DNA of 64,000 nt, taken from IMG/VR virus record IMGVR_UViG_3300029922_000004. The stretch is one strand, 5' to 3'. The notes beneath the pieces are model-generated. The model made no database searches. It was not told where the DNA came from and saw nothing but the letters and a program-made list of their open reading frames with translations. The first letter of the stretch is position 1; each line of letters starts with the position of its first letter. A program made the translations under genes and the position numbers. Shown here piece after piece: positions 19,862 to 29,705 of this stretch. The DNA comes from a virus.

Positions 19862-19864
19862 AAA

Positions 19865-20254
19865 TTACATTACCGATGTCTGATACATGCCAAGAAAATC
19901 CTTCAACGTGCGCGGCTTTTTCTCAATTATAACGTCTTCGCCGATTTTGGTGTTTTCGAGGGGGATGGATTCAATTTTCGGGGAGAAATCACTTGTTGAT
20001 TTTTTATAATTATAAAACGCTTCCTGTAGGTATTGCTGGCCGTAATCCGCGATGAAATATGCGAGAGACGGAACCCTTTTGCCGTAGGGTGGAATCGCCG
20101 CCAATAAAAACTGCAAATCGTAAGTCTTAATGAGCTTTGAAGCAATTTTCATTTCGCGAGGCCAGAACCCCTTGTCCGAAAAACGCTCAGAATCAACGAA
20201 TTTGTTGATTAGAATTTGCGGGTTGCTGAGTTTGCGACCGGATTTGCTTAACAT
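19865..20254 (-). CDS. Hypothetical protein
   Basis: 129-aa ORF just downstream of a TTGACA...TAATAT promoter. Confidence 0.65.
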   Translation of the reverse strand: MLSKSGRKLSNPQILINKFVDSERFSDKGFWPREMKIASKLIKTYDLQFLLAAIPPYGKRVPSLAYFIADYGQQYLQEAFYNYKKSTSDFSPKIESIPLENTKIGEDVIIEKKPRTLKDFLGMYQTSVM

Positions 20255-20275
20255 ACCTCTAATATTAGGGTATTT

Positions 20276-21337
20276 TTAAGATTTTGTCAAGTTAAAAACG
20301 TCGGGGCGTTTGGGATTTAACCCTTGTTCAAGCTGATAGTCAAAATCACACATGAGGTCAATGTGCTGTTTGAACGAGATTCTTTCGGGAATCCAGCCGA
20401 GTTTTTGTTGGGCTTTGGTTGAATCCGCGACAAGACGAACCACTTCATTTGGCCGAAGCAGCGTTTTATCAAATTCAACATAGTCATGCCAATCAAGATT
20501 AAAATGTTTAAATGCCAAATCTACATAACTGGTTCCCCAATTCGCGATTCCATTGCCTAGGACGTAATTTTCTGGTTTCTCTTGCTGTAACATTTGCCAC
20601 ATACCCTCACAAGAAAAGTCCGCCCAACTTTCGTCTCTAGCCCACTCTAAATGTCCTAGTTTTAGTTTATCCTGCTTTCCGAGCGCAATTCTAGCTGCTG
20701 TATTGGTAATTTTTTTGACAGCAAAGTCCAGAGTTCTTTCACAATTGGAGTGATTCCCCAAAATACCCACACAACAAAACATACCTATATCGGTAGAATC
20801 GCGATAGAAATTCATCCATCTTGCCCCTAACTCTTTCCCAATTGAATATGCACTTCTAGGATTCCAAGGGGTATTTTCATTAAATGACCCGCTTTCTATC
20901 CCGCCAATTAGTTCGCTGGTTCCCGCGAAATACGTTCGAGTGCTGGGGCTAAAATTCTTAAGACATTCAAGAAAAAAATATACGCTCTGACCATTAACTA
21001 AAATACATAATTCTTTATTTTTGAAAGACTCTCCGACGTGTGAATTGGCTGCAAGAAGATATAACTCATCAATCCTACTGTGTCTTTTAAGTGTTGACTT
21101 AAGACATTCATTGACGCTATTCTGGTCAGAGATGTCACATGGCTCAAAATATAGTTCGGAATTTGGATATTTAGTCAACTCATCTTGAAAAAGAGATTTC
21201 ATTTTACTGATATCCCAATATGTGCTACGCCTATAGGTTAAAATAACTTTATAATCTTTACTTAACAAAAGTCTTGTTAAAGCTTTCGCGTCCATACCAT
21301 TTGCACCAGTTATAAGGGCTATATTATTCATTTTCAT
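20276..21337 (-). CDS. gmd: GDP-mannose 4,6-dehydratase
   Basis: ALITGANGMD, LAANSHV, TSEL, YSIGK, RDESWA, LLRPNEV. Confidence 0.88.
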   Translation of the reverse strand: MKMNNIALITGANGMDAKALTRLLLSKDYKVILTYRRSTYWDISKMKSLFQDELTKYPNSELYFEPCDISDQNSVNECLKSTLKRHSRIDELYLLAANSHVGESFKNKELCILVNGQSVYFFLECLKNFSPSTRTYFAGTSELIGGIESGSFNENTPWNPRSAYSIGKELGARWMNFYRDSTDIGMFCCVGILGNHSNCERTLDFAVKKITNTAARIALGKQDKLKLGHLEWARDESWADFSCEGMWQMLQQEKPENYVLGNGIANWGTSYVDLAFKHFNLDWHDYVEFDKTLLRPNEVVRLVADSTKAQQKLGWIPERISFKQHIDLMCDFDYQLEQGLNPKRPDVFNLTKS

Positions 21338-21348
21338 GTATCATTATA

Positions 21349-21963
21349 TTAGACGATTAGAGGGATTTTATCCAAAAAACTTTTATTTACATACCAATCC
21401 TCAAACGGAAGTCCTCGCGGGTCTTTTGCATCATCAACAATTCTCATAAATCCCCTGTTAGTTAGTAGTTCGAAAAGCTGGTTCTTCTTTTCGGGGCCGT
21501 CTTTGTAAGAGTTGTGCTCAATCGTAAGCAGGGTTACGTTCCACTTATTAAACGGAAAATCTTTCAAGGCTCGGTATTCACAACCCTCGATATCCACGGA
21601 CATATAATCAATATTTAGGGGCGCGTTATTGGCCGTCAGAAGGTTATCCAAGGTATCGCAATCTACGAGATGACGGTTAGGAGTTTCAGAAACGGTGTCT
21701 TCCCCGAAGTAAATCGTTCCCTTATAATCCATCACCGCGACTTTAAGATTGACGCTTTTGCGGTTGGCGGCGAGTTTGTCAAAGATGTGAGGCGCGGGTT
21801 CGATGCAGATACCCTTCCATCCGAGTTCTTTTTCGACGAAGTAAGTGTTGCTGGATTCTATTCCGTCATACGCGCCGATTTCAACGAAGTATCCGTCTTT
21901 CTTAAAGTCAAGAATTTCGCATACCCACTTATCTTGTTCGGCCTGTGAGTAGTATTGTGTCAT
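21349..21963 (-). CDS. FkbM-family methyltransferase
   Basis: YSQAEQD, FVEIGAYDG, SVDIEGCE. Confidence 0.85.
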   Translation of the reverse strand: MTQYYSQAEQDKWVCEILDFKKDGYFVEIGAYDGIESSNTYFVEKELGWKGICIEPAPHIFDKLAANRKSVNLKVAVMDYKGTIYFGEDTVSETPNRHLVDCDTLDNLLTANNAPLNIDYMSVDIEGCEYRALKDFPFNKWNVTLLTIEHNSYKDGPEKKNQLFELLTNRGFMRIVDDAKDPRGLPFEDWYVNKSFLDKIPLIV

Positions 21964-23186
21964 TGCTTTCCAATAATCTGAAATTCGGGACAAGGTATGA
22001 TAAACTTGCCACCCCTATCTAAGAACTCCTTTTCTCGTTCGACGAATTCCTTGACGAACGGCCAAGCAATCATTAAAAGATAGTCCGGCTTTCTCGCGCG
22101 AGCTTCATCTTCGGAGATAATCGGAATGTTTGACCCGACTGTAACCAAGCCATATTTATAAGGAGAACGTTCAGCGATGAAATCAATCAAAGTTTCATCC
22201 AAGCCGTAAACTTGTAACATGGTGTTACCCTTTGTACTTGCTGCATACGCGCCAACAATTTTCCCCTTGGCTCTTTCGGCTTTAATAAATGAAACTGTTT
22301 CATGTTTTAATTTTTGGATTTGGTCTCCAAACTTCTTCCATGAGTCAAGATTAGTCATGTCAGCATGGGTATTTTCGTAAGTAATGAGGGAATCAATGCG
22401 ATAATCATAAACTGCTCGTGCGGGCGCGGTAGAAAACGAGGTAACATTACGTTCTTTTCTTTGAAAATAAACTCGAACACTGCCGCCATTAACGTCATTT
22501 AAGTTCGCATCAACAATGACCATTCCGTGTTTTTCGAATAATTTTTTTAAACTATTTAAAGAATAGTAATAATAATGCTCCATTCCAATATTGTCATAGG
22601 CCATTTGTTGAAGCATTAGCGGAGAATACGATAATTGTATAATAAAAACGCCATCATCTTCCAAAATTTTCTTAATTTCTTCAATAAAGTCACCCGGCTT
22701 TTGCAAATCATAAAACATAGCAATACAAGTAATAACCTTTGCTTTTTGACTATATCCTGCTTTGGCGTAGATATCTGCACTAAAATAATCTTGAATAACT
22801 TTATCTGCTACTTTTGAAGACTCTGCCAGATAGGTGTCATCGGCGGGGTCGACACCAATTTTAATAAATTCACTTGGAATAAATTTAAACATCGTTCCAT
22901 CGTTGCAAGCAATATCCAGCCATATATCGCCTTTCTTATATTTAATCCTACTGCAAATTTCATCGACAATATTCTTAAGGGCGTCTCTCATTGTCTGATT
23001 AATACCGGACCTATACCAATATTCTCCCCACATTTCGCTGGCTGGCGGCTGTTCTGTAAGATGCGCGGCTCCTATTTCTTCGTCCAATACCAAGTCGTAA
23101 GAGTATTTCGGCCAGTTGATATAATCCGCTTTGCTCTTTACGAAGCCAGAGTTGTAAAATTTGCCGAGTTCAAGAAGTTTTTTCAT
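21960..23186 (-). CDS. NDP-sugar C-methyltransferase-like protein
   Basis: DIACNDGT, EHYYYYS, YAASTKGN, AWPF C-terminal domain. Confidence 0.85.
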   Translation of the reverse strand: MKKLLELGKFYNSGFVKSKADYINWPKYSYDLVLDEEIGAAHLTEQPPASEMWGEYWYRSGINQTMRDALKNIVDEICSRIKYKKGDIWLDIACNDGTMFKFIPSEFIKIGVDPADDTYLAESSKVADKVIQDYFSADIYAKAGYSQKAKVITCIAMFYDLQKPGDFIEEIKKILEDDGVFIIQLSYSPLMLQQMAYDNIGMEHYYYYSLNSLKKLFEKHGMVIVDANLNDVNGGSVRVYFQRKERNVTSFSTAPARAVYDYRIDSLITYENTHADMTNLDSWKKFGDQIQKLKHETVSFIKAERAKGKIVGAYAASTKGNTMLQVYGLDETLIDFIAERSPYKYGLVTVGSNIPIISEDEARARKPDYLLMIAWPFVKEFVEREKEFLDRGGKFIIPCPEFQIIGKQ

Positions 23187-23193
23187 GCTATTA

Positions 23194-24120
23194 TTATATT
23201 CTTTCAAGGACATTTTCAATATGTTTTGTGAAATTTTCATGGCTCCAAGCGTCGTAGAGCGGTTGAAGCGGCGCGAAACCATTTTTAATTATTTCCTTAA
23301 GGGGTGTTTCTTCCACACAAATCGAGGGTTTTACGCGATTTATATGGGAAAACATGCTGCTTTTACAGATGGCGATTGGCTTTCTTACTGATAAAAAGTA
23401 ATCCGTCACACCGGAAATTCCGTTGTAATTATCGTAATACTGGTAGAGGTAAATATTTAAATCATTCCCCGCCAAAAACGTCAAAAGCCCATCGTCATCC
23501 AAAAATTCTTCACTGAAAACGAGATTGATATAGGGTCTAGTGATGAGGCTGCGACACTCGGCTTTAATCTCTTCCAGTTCGTTCTTATTGGGAATAAAAT
23601 GCGAAAGAGTCATATGCATTTTCAAATCCACGGGTTCATAAATTTGCGCGTTTACTAATTTACAAATATCCTGAAAACGCTTCACCTTAAATCCGAAACC
23701 GAAGGTTCCTATGGTTAATTTGCCATTCGGCGGGAGAGTTTTATCCCACTTAAATAAAGGTCGCGGGAGCGCGTAATTATTTCCATTTTCCGGGTATTCG
23801 GGGATTTGATGTAAGTAAAAATCGAAGACGTGAGCGTATCCTACATTGTGAACTAATAGTCCTTGCTTAATACCTTTCGCGCGGCAGTAGTTTAACTCAT
23901 AAGCCCCGAACCAAGGCATAGTATCAGGGAGATAATTGTAGATTATAATGTCGGGTTTGAGTTCATTAACTTGAGTTCGAAAGTTGAGTTTGTCGTATGG
24001 CTCATAATAGAATCCGCGATAATTGACTGAGGTTTTGGCAAAAATATTTCCTACCCTTTTTCCGAATTGATACACTCCACACGCTTTTTCGCGATGGTTA
24101 ATAAAAAGTACTGTTTTCAT
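23194..24120 (-). CDS. Glycosyltransferase-like protein
   Basis: CGVYQFG start, GTFGFG, GT-B-like C-terminal half; island context. Confidence 0.65.
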   Translation of the reverse strand: MKTVLFINHREKACGVYQFGKRVGNIFAKTSVNYRGFYYEPYDKLNFRTQVNELKPDIIIYNYLPDTMPWFGAYELNYCRAKGIKQGLLVHNVGYAHVFDFYLHQIPEYPENGNNYALPRPLFKWDKTLPPNGKLTIGTFGFGFKVKRFQDICKLVNAQIYEPVDLKMHMTLSHFIPNKNELEEIKAECRSLITRPYINLVFSEEFLDDDGLLTFLAGNDLNIYLYQYYDNYNGISGVTDYFLSVRKPIAICKSSMFSHINRVKPSICVEETPLKEIIKNGFAPLQPLYDAWSHENFTKHIENVLERI

Positions 24121-24869
24121 GCTAAATTTCCACTCCCATATTTAGTTTTTCTCTTAGGATAATATTCTGTAAATTGATGAACGAGGGGACAATTCGTATT
24201 AACCCAATTAGGATTACGATTACATTCTACGATGTCGGGGTTAAAAGTTTCAGATTCTCCTATTAAAGAAAATATGGAGGGAAGTAAAACATCATGCGCG
24301 AACATAGCATAAAATGCCGCGCACATTTCGTCAAGAATAGTAGGGTATTTGTTTAAGATTTCCATCGCTTGCAAAAACTTAAACGCATTGAAAACGCAGG
24401 GCGTTGCTCCCCACTTGTCAATCGGTTTTCCGCCGTACTTTAATAAAACTTGATTAAGTTTATCTAATTGCCCTTGATTAACATTTATTCGCGAGCCAAG
24501 CAACGCCACTCCGTCAGGAATCGTCAATTGTCCGCGAACTAAAGCATCAGGGTCTAACATAAGAATATAGTCAGAATTTAAGAAGGGAATAGCAGAATTC
24601 AGCCGATTAATTACGTCCAATGTTGCTCTTTTAACTGCTCCGGGGTGAAAAGCATCTACTTTGCCTTTAAGGGCTACGCTTAAATGGTCTTCTTCTTTAG
24701 TTGCTAAGAGATTCATTGTCTCTGTCTCTAAGAATTTGAAATTTATATTTCCTTCGTAGAATAACCGAATTGGAATTCCGGGGTAGACCCGTTTTAAATA
24801 GAAGATTGAAACTCGCGTGGCTTCAAGTTCGTCAAAACATGTAAAGTAGACTCCTAGTTTATTTTTCAT
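24117..24869 (-). CDS. GT-A-like glycosyltransferase
   Basis: YILMLDPDALV DxD motif. Confidence 0.6.
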   Translation of the reverse strand: MKNKLGVYFTCFDELEATRVSIFYLKRVYPGIPIRLFYEGNINFKFLETETMNLLATKEEDHLSVALKGKVDAFHPGAVKRATLDVINRLNSAIPFLNSDYILMLDPDALVRGQLTIPDGVALLGSRINVNQGQLDKLNQVLLKYGGKPIDKWGATPCVFNAFKFLQAMEILNKYPTILDEMCAAFYAMFAHDVLLPSIFSLIGESETFNPDIVECNRNPNWVNTNCPLVHQFTEYYPKRKTKYGSGNLA

Positions 24870-25812
24870 TCAGGTAGCTATTATACTTCGCGGCGATATT
24901 TTTCCAATCAAATTCGGCGGCATAATCTACTATTTCTTGCCGATGACTGACTGAATAAAGCCCATTTTCATGTATGGTATATTGTATAAAATCATAATTG
25001 TTTAATTGACTATCCGGTATAACGGATATGAACTTCTTCGATAAATCAAGGTTTTCAATGCAAGCCTCTGAGATAACTAAACCAAGGCTAGATGCCAAGG
25101 CTTCGAGACATACTAAAGGTTGTAATTCAGATTCAGACAAAAGAATTAAATTAGTAAAATGGGGGAGTTTATTATAAACATCTTCCCTTGACCATTCCCC
25201 AAGATAATTCCTATCTTTGATGTCAAAATCAGGAGATTCGTTTTTCCCAGCGAAGAATAATTGAGGTATTTTTGCTTTTTGGAGTTGGGCTTGTCTTTTC
25301 CGGGCGTCTATTTTCCCTAAACAGATACTGTTGCCGAATATAAAGTCATTCCCGCCGGTTTTTTTTGTAAGGTTTATCCAAGGTTTAAAATCTGATATAC
25401 TGACACCGTTGGGGAGTATTTTGATTCTATTAGGTGATATACCGAGTTTAATTAGGAAATCTTTCTCGAACTTGGTGAGACTAAAAAATTCGCAATCATA
25501 GAGGTATTTTCTAACTACCATTTCGTGAAGTCTAATCGAGTGTTTATAGCTTCCGTCGTGACACGTGACAATTTTCCTGCATCCAAAATGTGGTAAAATT
25601 TCATAATGACAGCCATAGTGGAGGTGGATTACGTCAGGATTCACCGACTCAACTTTATCATAAGTGGCCGCAGCAGTCTTTTCATTAATGATAATCGTTT
25701 CGTGACCGAGTGTTTTTAATTGCTCGCTTTGATTATAAACCACGGTTTCCAAAGCTCCCCATGAACGAGGAGGAATTTCGATTTGACCCGGTGCTATAAA
25801 ACAGATTTTCAC
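24859..25812 (-). CDS. GT4-family glycosyltransferase
   Basis: IPPRSWGALE, LPNGV, RKRQ, ELQPLVCLEA. Confidence 0.82.
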   Translation of the reverse strand: MKICFIAPGQIEIPPRSWGALETVVYNQSEQLKTLGHETIIINEKTAAATYDKVESVNPDVIHLHYGCHYEILPHFGCRKIVTCHDGSYKHSIRLHEMVVRKYLYDCEFFSLTKFEKDFLIKLGISPNRIKILPNGVSISDFKPWINLTKKTGGNDFIFGNSICLGKIDARKRQAQLQKAKIPQLFFAGKNESPDFDIKDRNYLGEWSREDVYNKLPHFTNLILLSESELQPLVCLEALASSLGLVISEACIENLDLSKKFISVIPDSQLNNYDFIQYTIHENGLYSVSHRQEIVDYAAEFDWKNIAAKYNSYLNEK

Positions 25813-26034
25813 TTAAATTAATGTTAGTTTATAATAAAAAGACGGATGACAAATCAGTGAATCGTTGCCTATATAATATGCTGTAGGATTATAAACAAAG
25901 TTCTTTTCTTGTTTGGCCCACTTATTGCGGATGCGCTTCTTTTTTGTCCTTGGAAAACGATTCTGTCTTCGTTCCATACAAAGGTCGGATTGGATAATCT
26001 TTATGCCTAAAAAATTAGGAATTATAGAGTCCAT
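25813..26034 (-). CDS. Hypothetical protein
   Basis: 73-aa ORF with KKKRIRNKW motif, abuts neighbours. Confidence 0.55.
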   Translation of the reverse strand: MDSIIPNFLGIKIIQSDLCMERRQNRFPRTKKKRIRNKWAKQEKNFVYNPTAYYIGNDSLICHPSFYYKLTLI

Positions 26035-26989
26035 TATATTTCTCCAATACCCTCTTAAGATATTCCATTTGATTTTCTACATCCAATATAAGACCGGCAA
26101 AATTCTTCTGTTTCTCTATTAGTTCGGCGGCAGAAAATTCAAAATACATAGCCAATTCATCAAAATTATTAAAATGTTGGATTATACTATCTTTACAAAG
26201 GGTAGGTAGGATTCTTTCTTTTAGGATAAATGGATGATACCAGCTTACTTGATTGCATAGGCTTGACTGTAAATGTATTAGTAGACTATTGGAGTTCATA
26301 GCCCAAGGGATTCGGTCGAAAGAATTTGTATTTCCGTCAATATTTAAAATGTATTTATATTTAAGTTGCTCTTGGATGCTGCAATAATGACTCCCAATTA
26401 AATCCATATCAATTCCGCGATTGCCTAACATTTCTTTGTTAAAGTGAACAAAATTTGTAACCTTGGCGTAGATTCGGGGGTGAAGGTCTGGGGCGTGGCA
26501 AAAATCTATGCGTTGATTGGTTAGATTATCGTTAATAGCCCCCGTGTCAGAGCCTACAAAGATTAATTTATCTTGTTTGTTTTTAAAGGACAAGGTATCA
26601 ACAATTTCGGGGTTGTTAATATATCTAAAAATGTGAGGGTCAGGAATTTGTATGTGATTTGAATCGGGCGCGGCAGAGAAGCAAAGGCGCGTATATTTTT
26701 CATCAGGAGCGACTCCATCCCCGGCGGAAATTATAATCTTGCAGTCCAGATTTAAATTATGTTTCTTAATGACTTCGGTGAATAATCCCCAAACGAAGCC
26801 TACCCTTAATTTATCTTGAGAATTACTAGCCCCGATTATTTTCATCGTCTGACCCTTTATTTCCAAAGCAAATTCCAAGTCGCGGAGAGGCCAATTTTCG
26901 CGGCAACGTAAATGCCGGATACAATTATGTTCGAAATTCTTTTCGAGGCAAAAATCTATGAGTTCTTTACTTGTGTATGAAGTAGACAT
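26015..26989 (-). CDS. GT90/CAP10-like glycosyltransferase
   Basis: FVGSDTG, KYKYILNIDGN..S.R motif. Confidence 0.75.
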   Translation of the reverse strand: MSTSYTSKELIDFCLEKNFEHNCIRHLRCRENWPLRDLEFALEIKGQTMKIIGASNSQDKLRVGFVWGLFTEVIKKHNLNLDCKIIISAGDGVAPDEKYTRLCFSAAPDSNHIQIPDPHIFRYINNPEIVDTLSFKNKQDKLIFVGSDTGAINDNLTNQRIDFCHAPDLHPRIYAKVTNFVHFNKEMLGNRGIDMDLIGSHYCSIQEQLKYKYILNIDGNTNSFDRIPWAMNSNSLLIHLQSSLCNQVSWYHPFILKERILPTLCKDSIIQHFNNFDELAMYFEFSAAELIEKQKNFAGLILDVENQMEYLKRVLEKYNGLYNS

Positions 26990-27710
26990 CTTTCCTTTCT
27001 AGTTCGTAGTTTTTGAAGCGGCTCGTAAAAGGTTCCCCGATAAGCAGTTTTTTATCAGCTAGTAAATGGCGGAATGTATAATTACCCGTCCAAATGTCAG
27101 AATTAAACGTAGGTGTACCAATTTTGATACGTTCTCGACAGAGGGTATTAAGAAAAAGCATAGTATTTTCGTAATTACCGCCGATTACGCCCATGTTTAT
27201 CAACTCCCATTCGTATTGGTTGACGAAAAATGACATGTAATTCTCCCATCCGACCTTTTGATGGAATTGTAAATATGGAAATTGGAAAAGTTTAATGCTG
27301 TCCTTGCAGATGAAGTAATCCATTTCGGGGAAATCTTGTAGGATTTGGGAGGGGTCTTTTACTACTGTAACGTCCGAGGAGTCCGTCATAAAGACTGAAT
27401 CAAATTTATTGTTTTCGAGATAATTGCGGTAATAGAAAAAACGTCCGTCGTTATATGAGTAGGGCGAGTCTTCTACATAAATAAATTGAATACCGGGCGT
27501 GGTATATTTTACAACAAATTCAGGGGTAAGGTTGTCGTAGAAAATGCGAACTTGTAAATTGAGATTTTTAACTGATTCGTAAAAACCGCCGATGTAAGAA
27601 ATATCGTTTTGTTTTACGCGCCCATCTTCTGCCATTCCCTTCAAATCAGGGTCTCCCATTTGGGGGTGTTGGCGTTTGCTGAAATATGTGGTAAGAATAA
27701 CTGATGACAT
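26967..27710 (-). CDS. Putative glycosyltransferase
   Basis: NDGRF, VFMTDSSDV, NMGVIGG; island context. Confidence 0.6.
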   Translation of the reverse strand: MSSVILTTYFSKRQHPQMGDPDLKGMAEDGRVKQNDISYIGGFYESVKNLNLQVRIFYDNLTPEFVVKYTTPGIQFIYVEDSPYSYNDGRFFYYRNYLENNKFDSVFMTDSSDVTVVKDPSQILQDFPEMDYFICKDSIKLFQFPYLQFHQKVGWENYMSFFVNQYEWELINMGVIGGNYENTMLFLNTLCRERIKIGTPTFNSDIWTGNYTFRHLLADKKLLIGEPFTSRFKNYELERKDVYFIHK

Positions 27711-27712
27711 AA

Positions 27713-27907
27713 TTATTCTCCGAAAACATCATCTATTAATTCAAAGGGGCATTGATTATATTTCTTTTGAAATTTTTTGGTCAAGGTAAGAAGACCCATG
27801 GAATACTGGCCGCGAGATTTAATGGATTTTAATTTGTTTATTTTTTGAATAAGTTTGATTATCTCAAACAAATCCTGACCCTTTTGAGTTTTACTAAAGG
27901 CATACAT
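27713..27907 (-). CDS. Hypothetical protein
   Basis: 64-aa ORF just after a TTGACA...TAATAT promoter. Confidence 0.5.
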   Translation of the reverse strand: MYAFSKTQKGQDLFEIIKLIQKINKLKSIKSRGQYSMGLLTLTKKFQKKYNQCPFELIDDVFGE

Positions 27908-27945
27908 AAGATAATATTAGCCTACATTTCGTAAAATGTCAAGGA

Positions 27946-28308
27946 TTAAATGAGGAATTTTTCTTGCTTCTTACGATGGGGATGTTTCGCGCCCTTAGTT
28001 TTTTCAGAATACTTTTGTTCAGCCTTGACGCGGACTTCATCTACGCCGGACATTCCCTCTCGTTTCTCGGAACACTCCTGACTAAGTGACCAAAGTTCTC
28101 CTAAATTGTAATTTTTGCCGCGCGTTTTATCGACGAATGACTTTTTATCGTTTGGGTCTATGACGGAATTAATTGCTACTTGGGGGTTTACAAATTGTCT
28201 CTCCCATACAACTCCCTTTTCATCAGTAAAGATATGCTCTTCGCTCATCCTCTGAACGACTTCCTTTACCTCTTTGGTAACTGGGTGTTGGAACGTGTAG
28301 AGTGGGAT
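27946..28308 (-). CDS. FmdB-like protein; start codon uncertain (ATC/ATT)
   Basis: PLYTFQHP N-terminus and KHPH C-terminus; no ATG at the expected position. Confidence 0.6.
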   Translation of the reverse strand: MPLYTFQHPVTKEVKEVVQRMSEEHIFTDEKGVVWERQFVNPQVAINSVIDPNDKKSFVDKTRGKNYNLGELWSLSQECSEKREGMSGVDEVRVKAEQKYSEKTKGAKHPHRKKQEKFLI

Positions 28309-28312
28309 AATA

Positions 28313-28492
28313 TTACTTGGAGTAACTAAAACGAATCTTGGCGGGGTCAAATGGAACCCACTTATTGTCCTTATTTAAAACTTCTGTTTTGATATCGGCG
28401 GGTGTCGCGGTGATGTTTTCTACCTTGAGGGCGGCGACGATAAGGTCGACGGTCTCTGTTCCTAGTTGTTCAGCATTTATCTTGATTTGCAT
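28313..28492 (-). CDS. Hypothetical protein (59 aa)
   Basis: MQIKINAEQL... open frame read by hand, fills the gap in the operon. Confidence 0.55.
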   Translation of the reverse strand: MQIKINAEQLGTETVDLIVAALKVENITATPADIKTEVLNKDNKWVPFDPAKIRFSYSK

Positions 28493-28561
28493 ATATGTTT
28501 TGTTTTTGTGTCTTTTTTGATTTGAAAATACATTTTTTCTATCCTTGGCTCTCTAATATCA

Positions 28562-28780
28562 TCAAGGATTATTCATGTCGGGAAATTCTTCGGGTTTAAC
28601 GGTCTCAGGTTCTCCAGAGTTTACTTTAATATGGCATGAGCATAAATTACCAGAACCCGGTTTATCCCAAAGTCCGAGGTTATTTGCTAGAAAACGCTTA
28701 ATAGATTTTGATATCTTCCTGAATAAAATTTTCTTTTTAGTCTTAATCTTCGCCCTTGGAATTACGTGAATGTTACCCAT
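28562..28780 (-). CDS. Hypothetical protein
   Basis: 72-aa ORF, co-oriented with the island. Confidence 0.4.
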   Translation of the reverse strand: MGNIHVIPRAKIKTKKKILFRKISKSIKRFLANNLGLWDKPGSGNLCSCHIKVNSGEPETVKPEEFPDMNNP

Positions 28781-28793
28781 ACTTATTATACGT

Positions 28794-29522
28794 TTATTCT
28801 ACAAAATTATCTGATAGACTCTTCTTTGAAGCCCAGAAAAGTACCCTGTCTTGGTTACTAGGAACGCTGCCGGGAATGTCTTGATTCCAAACCTTGGTCG
28901 GCGGGGCTGATTTAAAATTCGAGAAACCTTTTAAACTCATTTGTTTCTTGAAATCCAATAATTGTTCGTCAGTCACCGTAATCTCGCCGCAGCAAGCCTC
29001 CACGTTCGTTTCTAGCGACTTTGATGCTAAAAGTATCTCCCGCTCGGCATATCCAATCGCGAGCTTTAAAATGTCAATCTGCTCGTTAAAACAGTAGTTT
29101 TGGAGGATTGTATCAAGGGTTTGGCATTGACAAGGATAAAAATTGCCGTCTTTAACAGTAGAAAGGCCAATATTCGCGTGGTCAAAATACAACCCGTCAA
29201 ACAATTGCGGAGGGGCGAATTCTCCCAAAATTGAGTGAGTATAAACGCCGATTTGGTAAGGCGTGACTTTGCCCGCAAAATTCGGGGTATAGACGTTTTT
29301 GAGGAGAACGGCAAAGTTATCTATAAATGGCTCCAGACAATATACTTTTCTCGCCCCAAGAGAAAGCGCGGTAAAAACGAAGTAGCCAGCATGGGAACCG
29401 ATGTCTACAACTATGGGGTGGGTTTCTTTGTGGCCTTTGAGATTATAGCGATTATTGAAGAATACGTCTTCGAAGACTTTGGAATCGTTAGAAAAACTTC
29501 TAGTTATGATTTCGGGGGTCAT
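28794..29522 (-). CDS. FkbM-family methyltransferase
   Basis: VVDIGSHAGYF, LEPFIDN, IDILKLAIGYAE. Confidence 0.8.
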   Translation of the reverse strand: MTPEIITRSFSNDSKVFEDVFFNNRYNLKGHKETHPIVVDIGSHAGYFVFTALSLGARKVYCLEPFIDNFAVLLKNVYTPNFAGKVTPYQIGVYTHSILGEFAPPQLFDGLYFDHANIGLSTVKDGNFYPCQCQTLDTILQNYCFNEQIDILKLAIGYAEREILLASKSLETNVEACCGEITVTDEQLLDFKKQMSLKGFSNFKSAPPTKVWNQDIPGSVPSNQDRVLFWASKKSLSDNFVE

Positions 29523-29704
29523 ATATCATCAAGAGCGTCTCTGATTTCGTCTTTATCGTCAGACAACTCTTCAAACTTACGCGAAGTATGACTGCGGTTT
29601 CCATCAATATAACCGCCTGCGCCCGGAATCGCATCCTTGACTAAGGAGATGGGTGAAGTTGCTATATCAAGGCCAGTTTTAAGTATTTTACCGAAGAGTC
29701 CCAT
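29519..29704 (-). CDS. Hypothetical protein
   Basis: MGLFGKIL... 61 aa, coupled to neighbours. Confidence 0.6.
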   Translation of the reverse strand: MGLFGKILKTGLDIATSPISLVKDAIPGAGGYIDGNRSHTSRKFEELSDDKDEIRDALDDI

Positions 29705-29705
29705 A

